Below, piece by piece: positions 7,620-16,906 of a DNA stretch of 64,000 bases. Made by a program: the position numbers and the translations under genes. The notes beneath the pieces were generated by a model. That model did not search any database. It was not told the origin of the DNA and saw only the letters and a list, made by a program, of their open reading frames with translations. The first letter of the stretch is position 1, and the number at the start of each line of letters is the position of its first letter. The DNA comes from Nitrospirota bacterium (GTDB lineage Bacteria; Nitrospirota; Thermodesulfovibrionia; Thermodesulfovibrionales; Dissulfurispiraceae). The DNA lies in NCBI GenBank assembly GCA_963790025.1, contig CAWBMP010000004.1:288001-352000 (forward strand), read 5' to 3'.

Positions 7620-7988
7620 ATGAAAGCTATTCTCGCTGCAGTGTTGGCGGTGCTGTTTATGGTTTTTCTTGCAAGTGTCGCCATTGCTGATGAGTTATAT
7701 CCTGTCAGGGTCTATGAGCAGTCTCCGGGACCAAATACCATTAGAGGTTCGGTAGTGTCTGTAGACCGGGAAGCAGGGCAGTTTATGGTGAAACCGACAA
7801 ATCTACCCACTCTGTTGCCTGGAGCAATGACACTCTCGACGGACAGTATGACAAAAGTGAAGATGTGTGGCAGCAGCAAGACTTTTGAAGATATAAAAGT
7901 CGGTGAGAAGGTGGAAGTTCAATATCAGTCTAAAGAATATGGCAAACCCATTGCTGAAGATATTAACGTCAGAACTAAAACATGTTGA
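7620..7988 (+). CDS. Small exported protein, probable OB-fold (DUF5666/DUF1344-like)
   Basis: Signal peptide ending AIA; IRGSVVSVD, FEDIKVGEKVEVQY, IAEDI patterns; GGAGG RBS. Confidence 0.75.
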   Translation: MKAILAAVLAVLFMVFLASVAIADELYPVRVYEQSPGPNTIRGSVVSVDREAGQFMVKPTNLPTLLPGAMTLSTDSMTKVKMCGSSKTFEDIKVGEKVEVQYQSKEYGKPIAEDINVRTKTC

Positions 7989-8012
7989 AGCGGACCTTTA
8001 GGCAGATAGACC

Positions 8013-8045
8013 GGCGCCGAAACTTTCGGCGCCTTTTTTATTTAT
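8013..8045 (+). terminator. Intrinsic terminator between convergent genes
   Basis: GGCGCCGAA-act-TTCGGCGCC then T-rich tail. Confidence 0.85.
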
Positions 8046-8053
8046 GCGTCACT

Positions 8054-9961
8054 TCAGGTGATCTCTTTGCTAAGCAGTATATCTGTTTTCACATGAGCCA
8101 TCGTATAAATCTCATTTAAATACTTGCTGATATCGACCTGCTGCCTGCCAATGTATGGTTTCAGGTAGTTAACTGAATGCTCAATCATCTTTTTATATAC
8201 AAGATCATTGAGGAAATATGATGGGAAATCAACTATGCAGTTGTTAAATGCCGAATATAACTGCTGGTCACTATAATCCATGAAATCAAATTTACTATAG
8301 GTCACAATTATCTTACTCTCAAAATCGCTCCACAACTTGATAAAGGCATTCATATGAATAGCAGGGAGTTTGAGGATGTCTTTAAAAATAATCAGATCGA
8401 AATAGGCAAAGTCTTTTAGATACCACTGATCGTCAGATAAGTTACTGCATGATATTACAATAAATGTCTTTGAATTCAGTCCAAATCCTTCAGAGTCAAT
8501 GATCTTGCCGAGAATAAAATGTGCATAAGAAGCGTCCTCATATCTTAACGCCATTCTTTTTAAATTCATAATGTTGAAATCCCTGAAAGCCTGCAGCAGA
8601 TATCCGAACCTTATGTCCCTGCCAAAGTAGTATATAGGATCAAATGAACTGGATGGCAAGGAAGGTCTTGCGAGATGTTCCTTAACGGCAAGGTTATTTG
8701 AAATAATCTTTGCCTCATTCACTGATTCATCAAGAAACTCAGCGATCTTTTTGTCATCCATTCCCTTGCCCTTGAGCCTTTTTGAGAGACTAAACCCGCT
8801 CTCGGCGTCTCTGTCCATAACGAAAACAACAGTGCGGAAGGTCAGGTATGCGATATAAGAAAAGACAAGTCCGTTCTTGGTAAGTTTTATTCTGATATCT
8901 TTTGGAAGGGAATAGTGCGGATTGAGTGTATTATGCGCCAGGACATAACCATTATAGAGTTCCTCAAAAGCCCCCAGGACCTTTTCAAAATGGTATTTGC
9001 CTATTTGAATCTGATCTGCCCCGAATAATGCCCTTTCGTATGACAGTGATACCTCTGAATATAACCTGAATGGGGATTTATAATACTTGTCCAGTATCCC
9101 GCTGCTTTCGCGTATCAACAGTTCGACCCCAACTGTCTCAGAGGAAAGAAGGGCGTCACCCTCGGGTTGAATATCGAAAAAACCAAAGAAACGGCACAAC
9201 TTTCTAAAAACTGCAGACTTTAGAATACTATAAGCCTCATAGTCCTCAAACATGGAGACGGCGTTCTTGGACTGGAAAAACCTTTTGTGACCATAGATAC
9301 GCAAAATCTCACGAACTTTAGTATGGCCCAGCCTGTTTATGGCAAAGTCAATACTCACTTTTTGAATTTTGATGCCGGCATCTGAACTTACCGCTTTTGC
9401 AATCATCATGTCCTTCAGTAAGGGCAAGCTTTCCTCTTTTTCCCTGGCAGTTCCTCCGTCTGGTTCTCCATCTTTTGCCTTTAACGCCTCCATATCTGTT
9501 CTTCTTTTTAATTCCTCCAGACTGGAGATATCATCTATATATGCCCCTATCTTTTTCATATTCGGCTCATGGCTGTCCATTTCCAGGATAAGATTCACCA
9601 TTTTGGTCAGGATCTCATCTTTTTTATATTGCTGGATGGCTTTTTCCGGTATGCTCATCTGAGGCGGCGCCAGCACTTCTTTTGGCTTTTTAATCCTCTT
9701 GACAATAAATGCAGGGTCGTTAAAGGCCCCTGAAAATTGCAAGCCGATAAAGTCGTTGTTTTCCCACCGCACCTCTGTTTTTATTTCCACGGTGGCGATG
9801 TTGAAGTTTAATGCCGGGATTTTGTTAGTAAAGCCGGTTGCTTTCCTTATCTTCAGGCCTTTTCTACTGACCTCAACAACGCTACCAATGCCTTCAACCG
9901 GGATCTCATCGATAATATATCTATCGCATTTTCTCCGGTTGAGCGGTTTTTTAGTTTCCAT
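8054..9961 (-). CDS. PilZ-domain protein with HDOD-like middle region and degenerate AAA+-like C-terminus
   Basis: N-terminal RRKCDR and EVSRKG PilZ motifs, EVRW...IGLQF; SIDFAINRLG...VREI HDOD-like motif. Confidence 0.7.
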   Translation of the reverse strand: METKKPLNRRKCDRYIIDEIPVEGIGSVVEVSRKGLKIRKATGFTNKIPALNFNIATVEIKTEVRWENNDFIGLQFSGAFNDPAFIVKRIKKPKEVLAPPQMSIPEKAIQQYKKDEILTKMVNLILEMDSHEPNMKKIGAYIDDISSLEELKRRTDMEALKAKDGEPDGGTAREKEESLPLLKDMMIAKAVSSDAGIKIQKVSIDFAINRLGHTKVREILRIYGHKRFFQSKNAVSMFEDYEAYSILKSAVFRKLCRFFGFFDIQPEGDALLSSETVGVELLIRESSGILDKYYKSPFRLYSEVSLSYERALFGADQIQIGKYHFEKVLGAFEELYNGYVLAHNTLNPHYSLPKDIRIKLTKNGLVFSYIAYLTFRTVVFVMDRDAESGFSLSKRLKGKGMDDKKIAEFLDESVNEAKIISNNLAVKEHLARPSLPSSSFDPIYYFGRDIRFGYLLQAFRDFNIMNLKRMALRYEDASYAHFILGKIIDSEGFGLNSKTFIVISCSNLSDDQWYLKDFAYFDLIIFKDILKLPAIHMNAFIKLWSDFESKIIVTYSKFDFMDYSDQQLYSAFNNCIVDFPSYFLNDLVYKKMIEHSVNYLKPYIGRQQVDISKYLNEIYTMAHVKTDILLSKEIT

Positions 9962-10188
9962 GCTCCGTTCCTCCCGTCAAAAAAAGCATCTAACGATCTT
10001 AAAACCCAAAGAGGCTATGGACAACTGCAATTCCAATATTGATTTAGCAAACAATTAATACTCAATTGTCAATAATTATGTATCAGCGGAGAAATAATAG
10101 CAATAACAAAATGACCACAACTAAAATCATTGTAACCAAAAAGGCAGGAGGACTGCTTTTTAGTTCGGTTACCCATTCACTTATCTAC

Positions 10189-11304
10189 TCATTTACCTTT
10201 AAAGAGATTCGTGCGCTTGTAAAAAAACGGTTTTAAAACCTTCAGTCCCACAACACCGGCCACAGGTTTGACCAGCCACGACGTAAAGCCCCTGCTCCCG
10301 AGGCATCGTTTACAGTAAGGATGCTCAAGTTTGTAATGCTTGAACCCTTCCATGATTTTCCCCAGCCTGTCAGATGAAAGTATCTCTTCTAGCGATGCTT
10401 CATTAAGGTTACCCACCTTCGTATTGCCGTCAAAATCCATACAACACAGCACCACGTCACCGTTGTAAAGGATGCCGAAGTGATCGCGCATTCCGAAACA
10501 GTAGCCGGCCCAGGCATCGCGTACTTTTTCATCACCAAATGCATGTCCCCAGTCATCCAGCACATAGGTTTCAAAAAATATGTCCGGGTACACCTCAACT
10601 ACATTCCATTTATAGGCTACGAGGCTTTTGATCGCCTTCATCGCTGAACTCCGCTCTTCGGGAGCAACCCCTAAAAGATCATAAATACGCCCGGCCCAAA
10701 ACTCGAACGTTTTTCTCAACTCTTCTGTGGACGAAATGACACGTACCGGTCCGGTCCTCTGCTCCATCGACTTTTTTCTGAACCTGGTATTCAAAAAACG
10801 GAATTTAAATACAGTGTCTTTATGTCTCTCATGATACGCATGGAAAAATTCAAGTATCCCTTCAAGATAGGATTCGAATGTCCTGGAACCGGCTTTCCTA
10901 TAAGCAAACGACCTCGCATCGGGCGTCTGGAGTGAAATATCGAGCTGGTGAAGCTCATAATCGAGTAGCCGCCTGCCTGTTTCACCGCCAAGTCCTGCCC
11001 CGTTGGTTGTAAGGCCTACCTTCATCTTTTCCCCGGCAGCGTGGTCCAGTATGTCGAAAAAATCCTTGTGCAGGGTGGGCTCGCCCATTACATGAAAGGT
11101 GATTTTTTCGCAGATCCCGTGGGTTTTCAGATCGGTTATGATATTCTTGGCAAGCTTTGTCTTCATATATCCGAATGGCCGTTTCATTTCAGACTTGGGG
11201 CAAAAGATGCAATTGAAATCACACACATTTGTCAGCTCGATGTGTACGCGCTTGAGCGGTATTTCAATATGCCCGAATTTTCCGGATGTCACCGATTTCT
11301 TCAC
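10189..11304 (-). CDS. Radical SAM protein with SPASM/twitch domain
   Basis: ELTNVCDFNCIFCP, GEPTLH, TTNG; C-terminal YCF...GDVVLCC.D...GNL...CKRC. Confidence 0.9.
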   Translation of the reverse strand: MKKSVTSGKFGHIEIPLKRVHIELTNVCDFNCIFCPKSEMKRPFGYMKTKLAKNIITDLKTHGICEKITFHVMGEPTLHKDFFDILDHAAGEKMKVGLTTNGAGLGGETGRRLLDYELHQLDISLQTPDARSFAYRKAGSRTFESYLEGILEFFHAYHERHKDTVFKFRFLNTRFRKKSMEQRTGPVRVISSTEELRKTFEFWAGRIYDLLGVAPEERSSAMKAIKSLVAYKWNVVEVYPDIFFETYVLDDWGHAFGDEKVRDAWAGYCFGMRDHFGILYNGDVVLCCMDFDGNTKVGNLNEASLEEILSSDRLGKIMEGFKHYKLEHPYCKRCLGSRGFTSWLVKPVAGVVGLKVLKPFFYKRTNLFKGK

Positions 11305-11397
11305 TGTTTATCAATCACCTTTGCCTGTTTTGATTTATTATAACTGTTCCCGGAAAATGGCGTACATCACCAGGGTATTTACCCTGCCCGTCTTAAA

Positions 11398-11427
11398 TTG
11401 AATATCGTTTCTTTCTTATGTTAGTAT
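11398..11427 (+). promoter_or_regulatory. Possible promoter of the formate dehydrogenase operon
   Basis: TTGAAT, 18 bp, TAGTAT with TGn extension. Confidence 0.4.
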
Positions 11428-11458
11428 AACGTTATTTCCGGAAAAGGAGCCTATAGTT

Positions 11459-13045
11459 ATGGAAGAAAAAATACAAGCCCTCATAAAGGCTTTCAGGGAC
11501 GGCGGAGGAAATGTCCTGTCCCTTATGCAAGACACGCAGGAAGCATTCGGTTATATCCCTGAAGAGGCTGTAAATATTTTTTCAAAAGAACTAAAAATTC
11601 CTGCAAGCAATTTCTATGGAGTTTCCACATTTTACAAGCAGTTTGATCTGCAACCCGGTATGGTCCATGGTACGTCCGATAACCAGGTTACCGGCTGCGC
11701 CCCTGCTGCCCAGGGGCAGACGACAGATAAGAAGCAGGTAAAAGTGCTGTTGTCCGTCTGCGGCATTATCGATCCTGAAGACATCGAAGCCTACCGGTCC
11801 GCGGGCGGCTACTCTGCAATTGAAAAAGCTTTGACTTCCATGACACCTGAAGAAGTGATCGACGTAATAAAAAAATCAGGACTGCTTGGCCGCGGGGGAA
11901 GCGGTTTTCCCACAGGCGTCAAATGGGAGGTCTGTCGCAATGCTCAAGCTGATCAGAAATACATAGTATGCAACACCGACGAAGGCGACCCTGGGGCATT
12001 CACGTACAGGGCCATTCTGGAAGGGAACCCGCACTCGGTCATCGAGGGCATGGCAATAGGCGCGTTTGCTATCGGCGCTACAAAGGGCTATGTTTATGTA
12101 CGCGGCGAATATCCCTTTGCCGTGCAGCGGCTGAAGAAGGCCATTGCATCGGCGCAGGAGAAAGGATACCTTGGCGTCAATCTTTTCAGTAAGGGGTTCG
12201 ATTTCGATATCACGATAAAGTTGGGCGCAGGCGCCTTTGTTTGCGGTGAGGAAACCGCGCTTATGGAGGCTATAGAGGGGCATCGGGGAATGTCGAGGGC
12301 AAAACCGCCCTTCCCTGTGCAACACGGGTTATGGGGAAAGCCCACTGTCGTGAACAACATCGAGACCCTGGCAAATGTCCCTTACATTATCGAGAAGGGA
12401 CACGACTGGTTTTCGTCATATGGAACCGAAAAATCAAAAGGCACTAAGCTCATCTCTCTTACCGGAAACTTAAAAAGCACCGGCTTGTTCGAAGTGCCGA
12501 TGGGCATTACCCTGAAAGAGATTATTTATGATATAGGCGGTGGGATGGAAGACGGCAAGACGCTGAAAGCTGTCCATATCGGAGGCCCTTTAGGAGGCTG
12601 CCTCACTGCCGACATGCTGGACGTCAAACTGGACTACGAGTCTCTTGAAAAAGCCGGTTCTTTTCTGGGGTCCGGCGGAATTATTGTACTCGATGAAAAC
12701 AGTTGCATGGTGGACATGGCAAAACGCTTTGTAACCTTTTCGCGGGACGAGTCGTGCGGCAAATGCGTGCCTTGCAGGATCGGTACCAAACGTCTCCTTG
12801 ATATGCTCGACAGGATAACTAAAGGGCTCGGCAGGGAGGGAGATCTCGAAATTATAGAGAAACTTGGCAACGACATGAAAGCCGCATCATTGTGCGGTCT
12901 TGGTCAAGGGGCCCCCAATCCAGTGCTCAGCACGCTCAAGCACTTCAGGGATGAGTACTTAACACATATAAAAGACAGGAAGTGCGTTGCTGACGTATGC
13001 AGTGACATCCAGCAGGAAGCAGAGGCTGTTTTAAACCTGATTTGA
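11459..13045 (+). CDS. NADH/FMN-binding NuoF-like subunit with fused NuoE N-terminal helical domain (FDH diaphorase subunit)
   Basis: QEAFGYIPEE...GVSTFY (NuoE N-term); SGLLGRGGSGFPTG, DEGDPG, GAGAFVCGEETAL, ESCGKCVPCR...SLCGLG. Confidence 0.9.
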   Translation: MEEKIQALIKAFRDGGGNVLSLMQDTQEAFGYIPEEAVNIFSKELKIPASNFYGVSTFYKQFDLQPGMVHGTSDNQVTGCAPAAQGQTTDKKQVKVLLSVCGIIDPEDIEAYRSAGGYSAIEKALTSMTPEEVIDVIKKSGLLGRGGSGFPTGVKWEVCRNAQADQKYIVCNTDEGDPGAFTYRAILEGNPHSVIEGMAIGAFAIGATKGYVYVRGEYPFAVQRLKKAIASAQEKGYLGVNLFSKGFDFDITIKLGAGAFVCGEETALMEAIEGHRGMSRAKPPFPVQHGLWGKPTVVNNIETLANVPYIIEKGHDWFSSYGTEKSKGTKLISLTGNLKSTGLFEVPMGITLKEIIYDIGGGMEDGKTLKAVHIGGPLGGCLTADMLDVKLDYESLEKAGSFLGSGGIIVLDENSCMVDMAKRFVTFSRDESCGKCVPCRIGTKRLLDMLDRITKGLGREGDLEIIEKLGNDMKAASLCGLGQGAPNPVLSTLKHFRDEYLTHIKDRKCVADVCSDIQQEAEAVLNLI

Positions 13046-13080
13046 GGTAAAAAAATCAAATATGTAGGCAGGGAGCAATA

Positions 13081-15762
13081 ATGATAAAGGCAACTATAGA
13101 CGGCAAAATAATTGAAGTTAAGGAAGGCACCACTGTTTTGGAAACAGCAAAGCTGCTGGGCATTTCAATACCAACGCTATGCCACCATCCCAAGCTGACC
13201 CCGACCGGCGGCTGCAGGCTCTGCATCGTTGAGATAAAGGGGTTTCAGCGGCCGGTCACATCGTGCACAACGCCGGTGACCGAGGGGATGGAAGTAACAA
13301 CATCATCCCCTCTCATCGCGGATTTGCGGAAGAGTATGCTCGACCTTATTCTTTCGGACCATCCGCTCGACTGCCCGAGATGTATACGTGGCGGCGACTG
13401 CCAGCTGCAGGATGTGGCTTTTTTATACGGGGCGAAAGAAAACAAGTTCCCGGGTGAAAGAAGGGAATACACAAAAATTGACATCAACCCCTTCATCTCA
13501 AGGGACATGGAAAAGTGCATTCTTTGCGAAAGGTGTGTCAAGATTTGTGATGAGGTGCAGGGTGTAGGGGCCATCGATATTGCTTACAAGGGCTTTAAAT
13601 CAAAGATATGTCCGCCATACGAAAACCCCCTTGATTGCGAATTTTGCGGTCAATGCGTATCCGTGTGTCCCACCGGCGCCCTTGCCGGAAAGATGTGGGA
13701 CCGCAAAGACAAGAGCTGTGATGAAAAACAGGTCGATACAGTCTGTCCTTATTGCGGCACAGGCTGCCATATCACGCTGCATGTGCAACAGGACAGAATC
13801 ACGAAGCGCGACAGGGTCATACGCGTAACTTCAAGAGATGACACCTGGAACAAGGGCTTGCTGTGTGTAAAAGGGAGGTTCGGTTACAAATTCATCAACA
13901 GTCCGGACAGGCTCACAAAGCCGCTTGTAAGGAAAAACGACCGCTTCGAAGAAGTTTCGTGGGAAGAGGCCTATGAATACACTGCAAAAAGGCTGAACGA
14001 GATAAAGGCCGCCTACGGTCCCGATTCAATCGGCGGGTTATCATCGGCCCGTTGCACAAATGAAGAAAATTATGCCTTTCAAAAAATGATAAGGGCCGCG
14101 GTGGGGACGAACAATGTCGACCACTGCGCCCGACTTTGACACGCGCCAACGGTGGCCAGTCTGGCTGCCATATTCGGCTCTGGCGCGATGACAAATTCCA
14201 TCGAGGAAATCGAAGGAATGGAAGTCATATTCATCATTGGCTCAAATACCAAAGAAACGCATCCGGTTATCGCCAACAGGATGATTAAGGCATACCGGAA
14301 GGGGGCGAAGATAATAATAGCCGACCCGCGTAACGTGCCGATGACCCGTTTTGCCGATACGGTACTGAACCTGCAACCTGGTACTGATATAGCACTGATC
14401 AACGGGATCGCCCATGTCATTATCAAGGAAGGGCTTGAGAATAAGACCTTTATCCAGGAAAAGACAGAGGGCTTTGAGGAATGGAAGAAATTGCTGGAGG
14501 AATATACTCCTGAATATGTAGAAAAAATAACCGGAGTGAGCCAGGAAAATATCATAAAGGCCGCACGTCTTTACGGCGGCTCCCGGAAGGCCGGCCTTTT
14601 CTACACCATGGGTATAACGCAGCATACCTGCGGCACAGATAATGTGGCCGCAGTTGCAAACCTGGTCACGCTCACTGGCAATATTGGACGGGAATCTACA
14701 GGGGTGAACCCTCTAAGGGGACAGAACAATGTCCAGGGGGCTTCGGATGCAGCCTGCCTGCCCTCTGTTTACCCGGGATACCAGAAGGCTGACGATCCCG
14801 ATATAAGGGCCAAATTTGAAAAGGCATGGGGAGTGCCGCTCGCCCCAAAATCAGGCCTGACAGCAACACAAATGATACCGGCAGCTCTCGAAGGGAAGAT
14901 AAAGGCACTCTATATAATGGGAGAAAACCCGGTCATTACCGATCCCAATACGCATCATACAGTTGACGCCCTCAACAAGCTCGCTTTTCTGGTTGTCCAG
15001 GATATCTTCCTGACAGAAACAGCCCAGCTTGCTGACGTAGTACTGCCTTCAACATGTTTTGCCGAAAAAGAAGGCACTTTCTCCAATACTGCGAGAAAGG
15101 TCCAAAGAGTAAGAAAGGCTGTTGATCCTCCTGGCGACGCCCGTTCCGACCTCTCCATCATCATGGAGATGTCACGCCGGCTCGGCTATCCAATGCACTA
15201 TAAATCTCCGGAGGACGTTCTGGTTGAGTTCGGCCAGGTATGGCCCAATCTTGCGGGGATAACGTACAAGCGTATCGACAAGGTCGGCATTCATTGGCCT
15301 TGCCCTGACAAGAATCATCCCGGCACCCCTTATCTCTACAAAGCGGGGTTCCCCGTAGGAAAGATACGTTTCTCTCCTATCATGTTCTCTCCACCGGCCG
15401 AGGTGACTGACAACGAGTATCCGTTTATCCTGACGACCGGAAGAAACCTGTACCAGTACCACTCCGGATCAATGACCAGACGGGTACCCGCAATCGAGGC
15501 CCATGCCGGCGAGCCTTATGTCGAAATCAGCGCCAAAGACAGCGGAAAGCTCCAGGTAAAGGATGGGGATATCTTGGCTGTCTCTTCCCGGCGCGGCACA
15601 ATAAGATTAAAAGCGAGGGTCACTTCGAAAGTCACGGAAGGTACGGTATTCATACCTATGCATTACGCCGAGGCCGCGGCAAATATGATTACAAACGACG
15701 CCCTCGATGCAAAGGTCAAAATACCTGAATACAAAGTTTGCGCTGTAAAAATAGAAAAGTGA
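13081..15762 (+). CDS. fdhA: Selenocysteine-containing formate dehydrogenase alpha subunit (893 aa; Sec at TGA 14137-14139)
   Basis: ORFs 13081-14139 and 14152-15762 are in the same frame and join as DHCARL-U-HAPTVASL; NuoG-like Fe-S N-terminus, CPYCGTGC, PLRGQNNVQG, PEYKVCAV. Confidence 0.95.
14151..14169 (+). promoter_or_regulatory. Bacterial SECIS hairpin
   Basis: GGTGGCCA-GTC-TGGCTGCC stem begins 11 nt after the in-frame TGA, with G in the apical loop. Confidence 0.8.
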
Positions 15763-15770
15763 AAAAAGAC

Positions 15771-15865
15771 AGGCTATAGACAATGGGCAATAGGCGATAG
15801 GAAAGAAATACAAAAAAGTAACAATTAGAGCTTTTTTATCTATAGCCTATAGCCAATCTCCTATT
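15771..15865. repeat. Inverted heptamer array (AGGCNAT / CTATAGC)
   Basis: aggctat agacaat gggcaat aggcgat - A/T-rich spacer - ctatagc ctatagc caatctc. Confidence 0.8.
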
Positions 15866-15878
15866 TTATTATATTATT

Positions 15879-16400
15879 ATGATTACTGGAAGACCTTTAT
15901 TTACTACTGAGCAGATACATGAGAAGGTAGCCGAAATGGCAGCGGCAATATCGCGCGACTATGCTGGCAAGGAAGTCCTTGCAATAGGCATACTGAAAGG
16001 CGCTTTTATGTTTTTTGCCGATATTATCAGAGCTCTGAAACTTCCTGTTACGACGGATTTTTTTATCGCATCGAGCTATTTTAAAACTGCTTCCACAGGC
16101 AATACGACATTACAATACGAACCGCGGGAGTCTGTCAAGGGAAAGAATATCCTCCTTATCGATGATATAGTTGATACAGGCCTGTCACTGAATTACATAA
16201 GGGAAATGCTCTTGTCCCGGGGACCTGAGAGTGTCAGGATTTGCGTCCTGCTCGACAAAAAAGAGAGACGCCTCATTCACGTGCCCTTGGATTACGTGGG
16301 TTTTGACATTCCCAATGAGTTCGTTGTCGGCTATGGCCTCGATTATGAAAACAAATACAGAAACCTGCCTTATATAGCAGTATTCAAGAAGGAAACATAA
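15879..16400 (+). CDS. hpt: Hypoxanthine phosphoribosyltransferase
   Basis: ILKGAFMFFAD, LLIDDIVDTGLSL, FVVGYGLDY..YRNLPYI. Confidence 0.95.
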   Translation: MITGRPLFTTEQIHEKVAEMAAAISRDYAGKEVLAIGILKGAFMFFADIIRALKLPVTTDFFIASSYFKTASTGNTTLQYEPRESVKGKNILLIDDIVDTGLSLNYIREMLLSRGPESVRICVLLDKKERRLIHVPLDYVGFDIPNEFVVGYGLDYENKYRNLPYIAVFKKET

Positions 16401-16403
16401 AAT

Positions 16404-16511
16404 AACGTTCAGCGTGGTGCGTACAGCGTTCCAGCGTTAAAAAAATGAAAAGATCAAAATATTTTGTAAATTCTTTGAACGCTGAACACAGTACGCTATA
16501 TGCTATAACGT
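16404..16511. repeat. Inverted heptamer array (AGCGTNC / GNACGCT)
   Basis: aacgttc agcgtgg tgcgtac agcgttc - spacer - gaacgct gaacaca gtacgct atatgct. Confidence 0.8.
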
Positions 16512-16526
16512 CTTTGGAGGGTTTTT

Positions 16527-16898
16527 ATGTATGAATTGATGATAGAAACTGGTTTTGCCTCGGCCCATCAGCTCAGGGGATATAAAGGCAAATGCGAGAA
16601 CATTCATGGTCATAATTGGAAAGTCCAGGTATATGTGACCACTGACCGTCTGAATGAAATCGACCTCGCCATCGACTTCCATGATCTGAAGCGGGTCACT
16701 AATGAAGTGATTACTCAACTCGATCATACATGTCTTAATGACATATTTCCCTTTACGGAGAGAAACCCGTCTTCTGAAAATATCGCGCGGTGGATATCCG
16801 ATTCATTACGGAAGAGGCTTGCAGAATACAAGGTGAATTTATCTGCCGTGACTGTTTGGGAATCCGAAAGCGCTTCAGCAACTTATTACGAAGAATAA
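16527..16898 (+). CDS. queD: 6-carboxy-5,6,7,8-tetrahydropterin synthase
   Basis: FASAHQL, KCENIHGHNW, LDHTCLN, NPSSENIA, VWES. Confidence 0.95.
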   Translation: MYELMIETGFASAHQLRGYKGKCENIHGHNWKVQVYVTTDRLNEIDLAIDFHDLKRVTNEVITQLDHTCLNDIFPFTERNPSSENIARWISDSLRKRLAEYKVNLSAVTVWESESASATYYEE

Positions 16899-16906
16899 TA
16901 GAAACA

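Noticed and set aside
7983..8010. Sec read-through of the TGA after the terminal Cys of the 7620 gene
   Set aside because: Would add only about six residues; no SECIS-like hairpin at the right distance, and the downstream stem is a normal terminator.
14137..14152. fdhA as a split gene or pseudogene
   Set aside because: The stop is an in-frame TGA at the catalytic Sec position with a SECIS-like hairpin.
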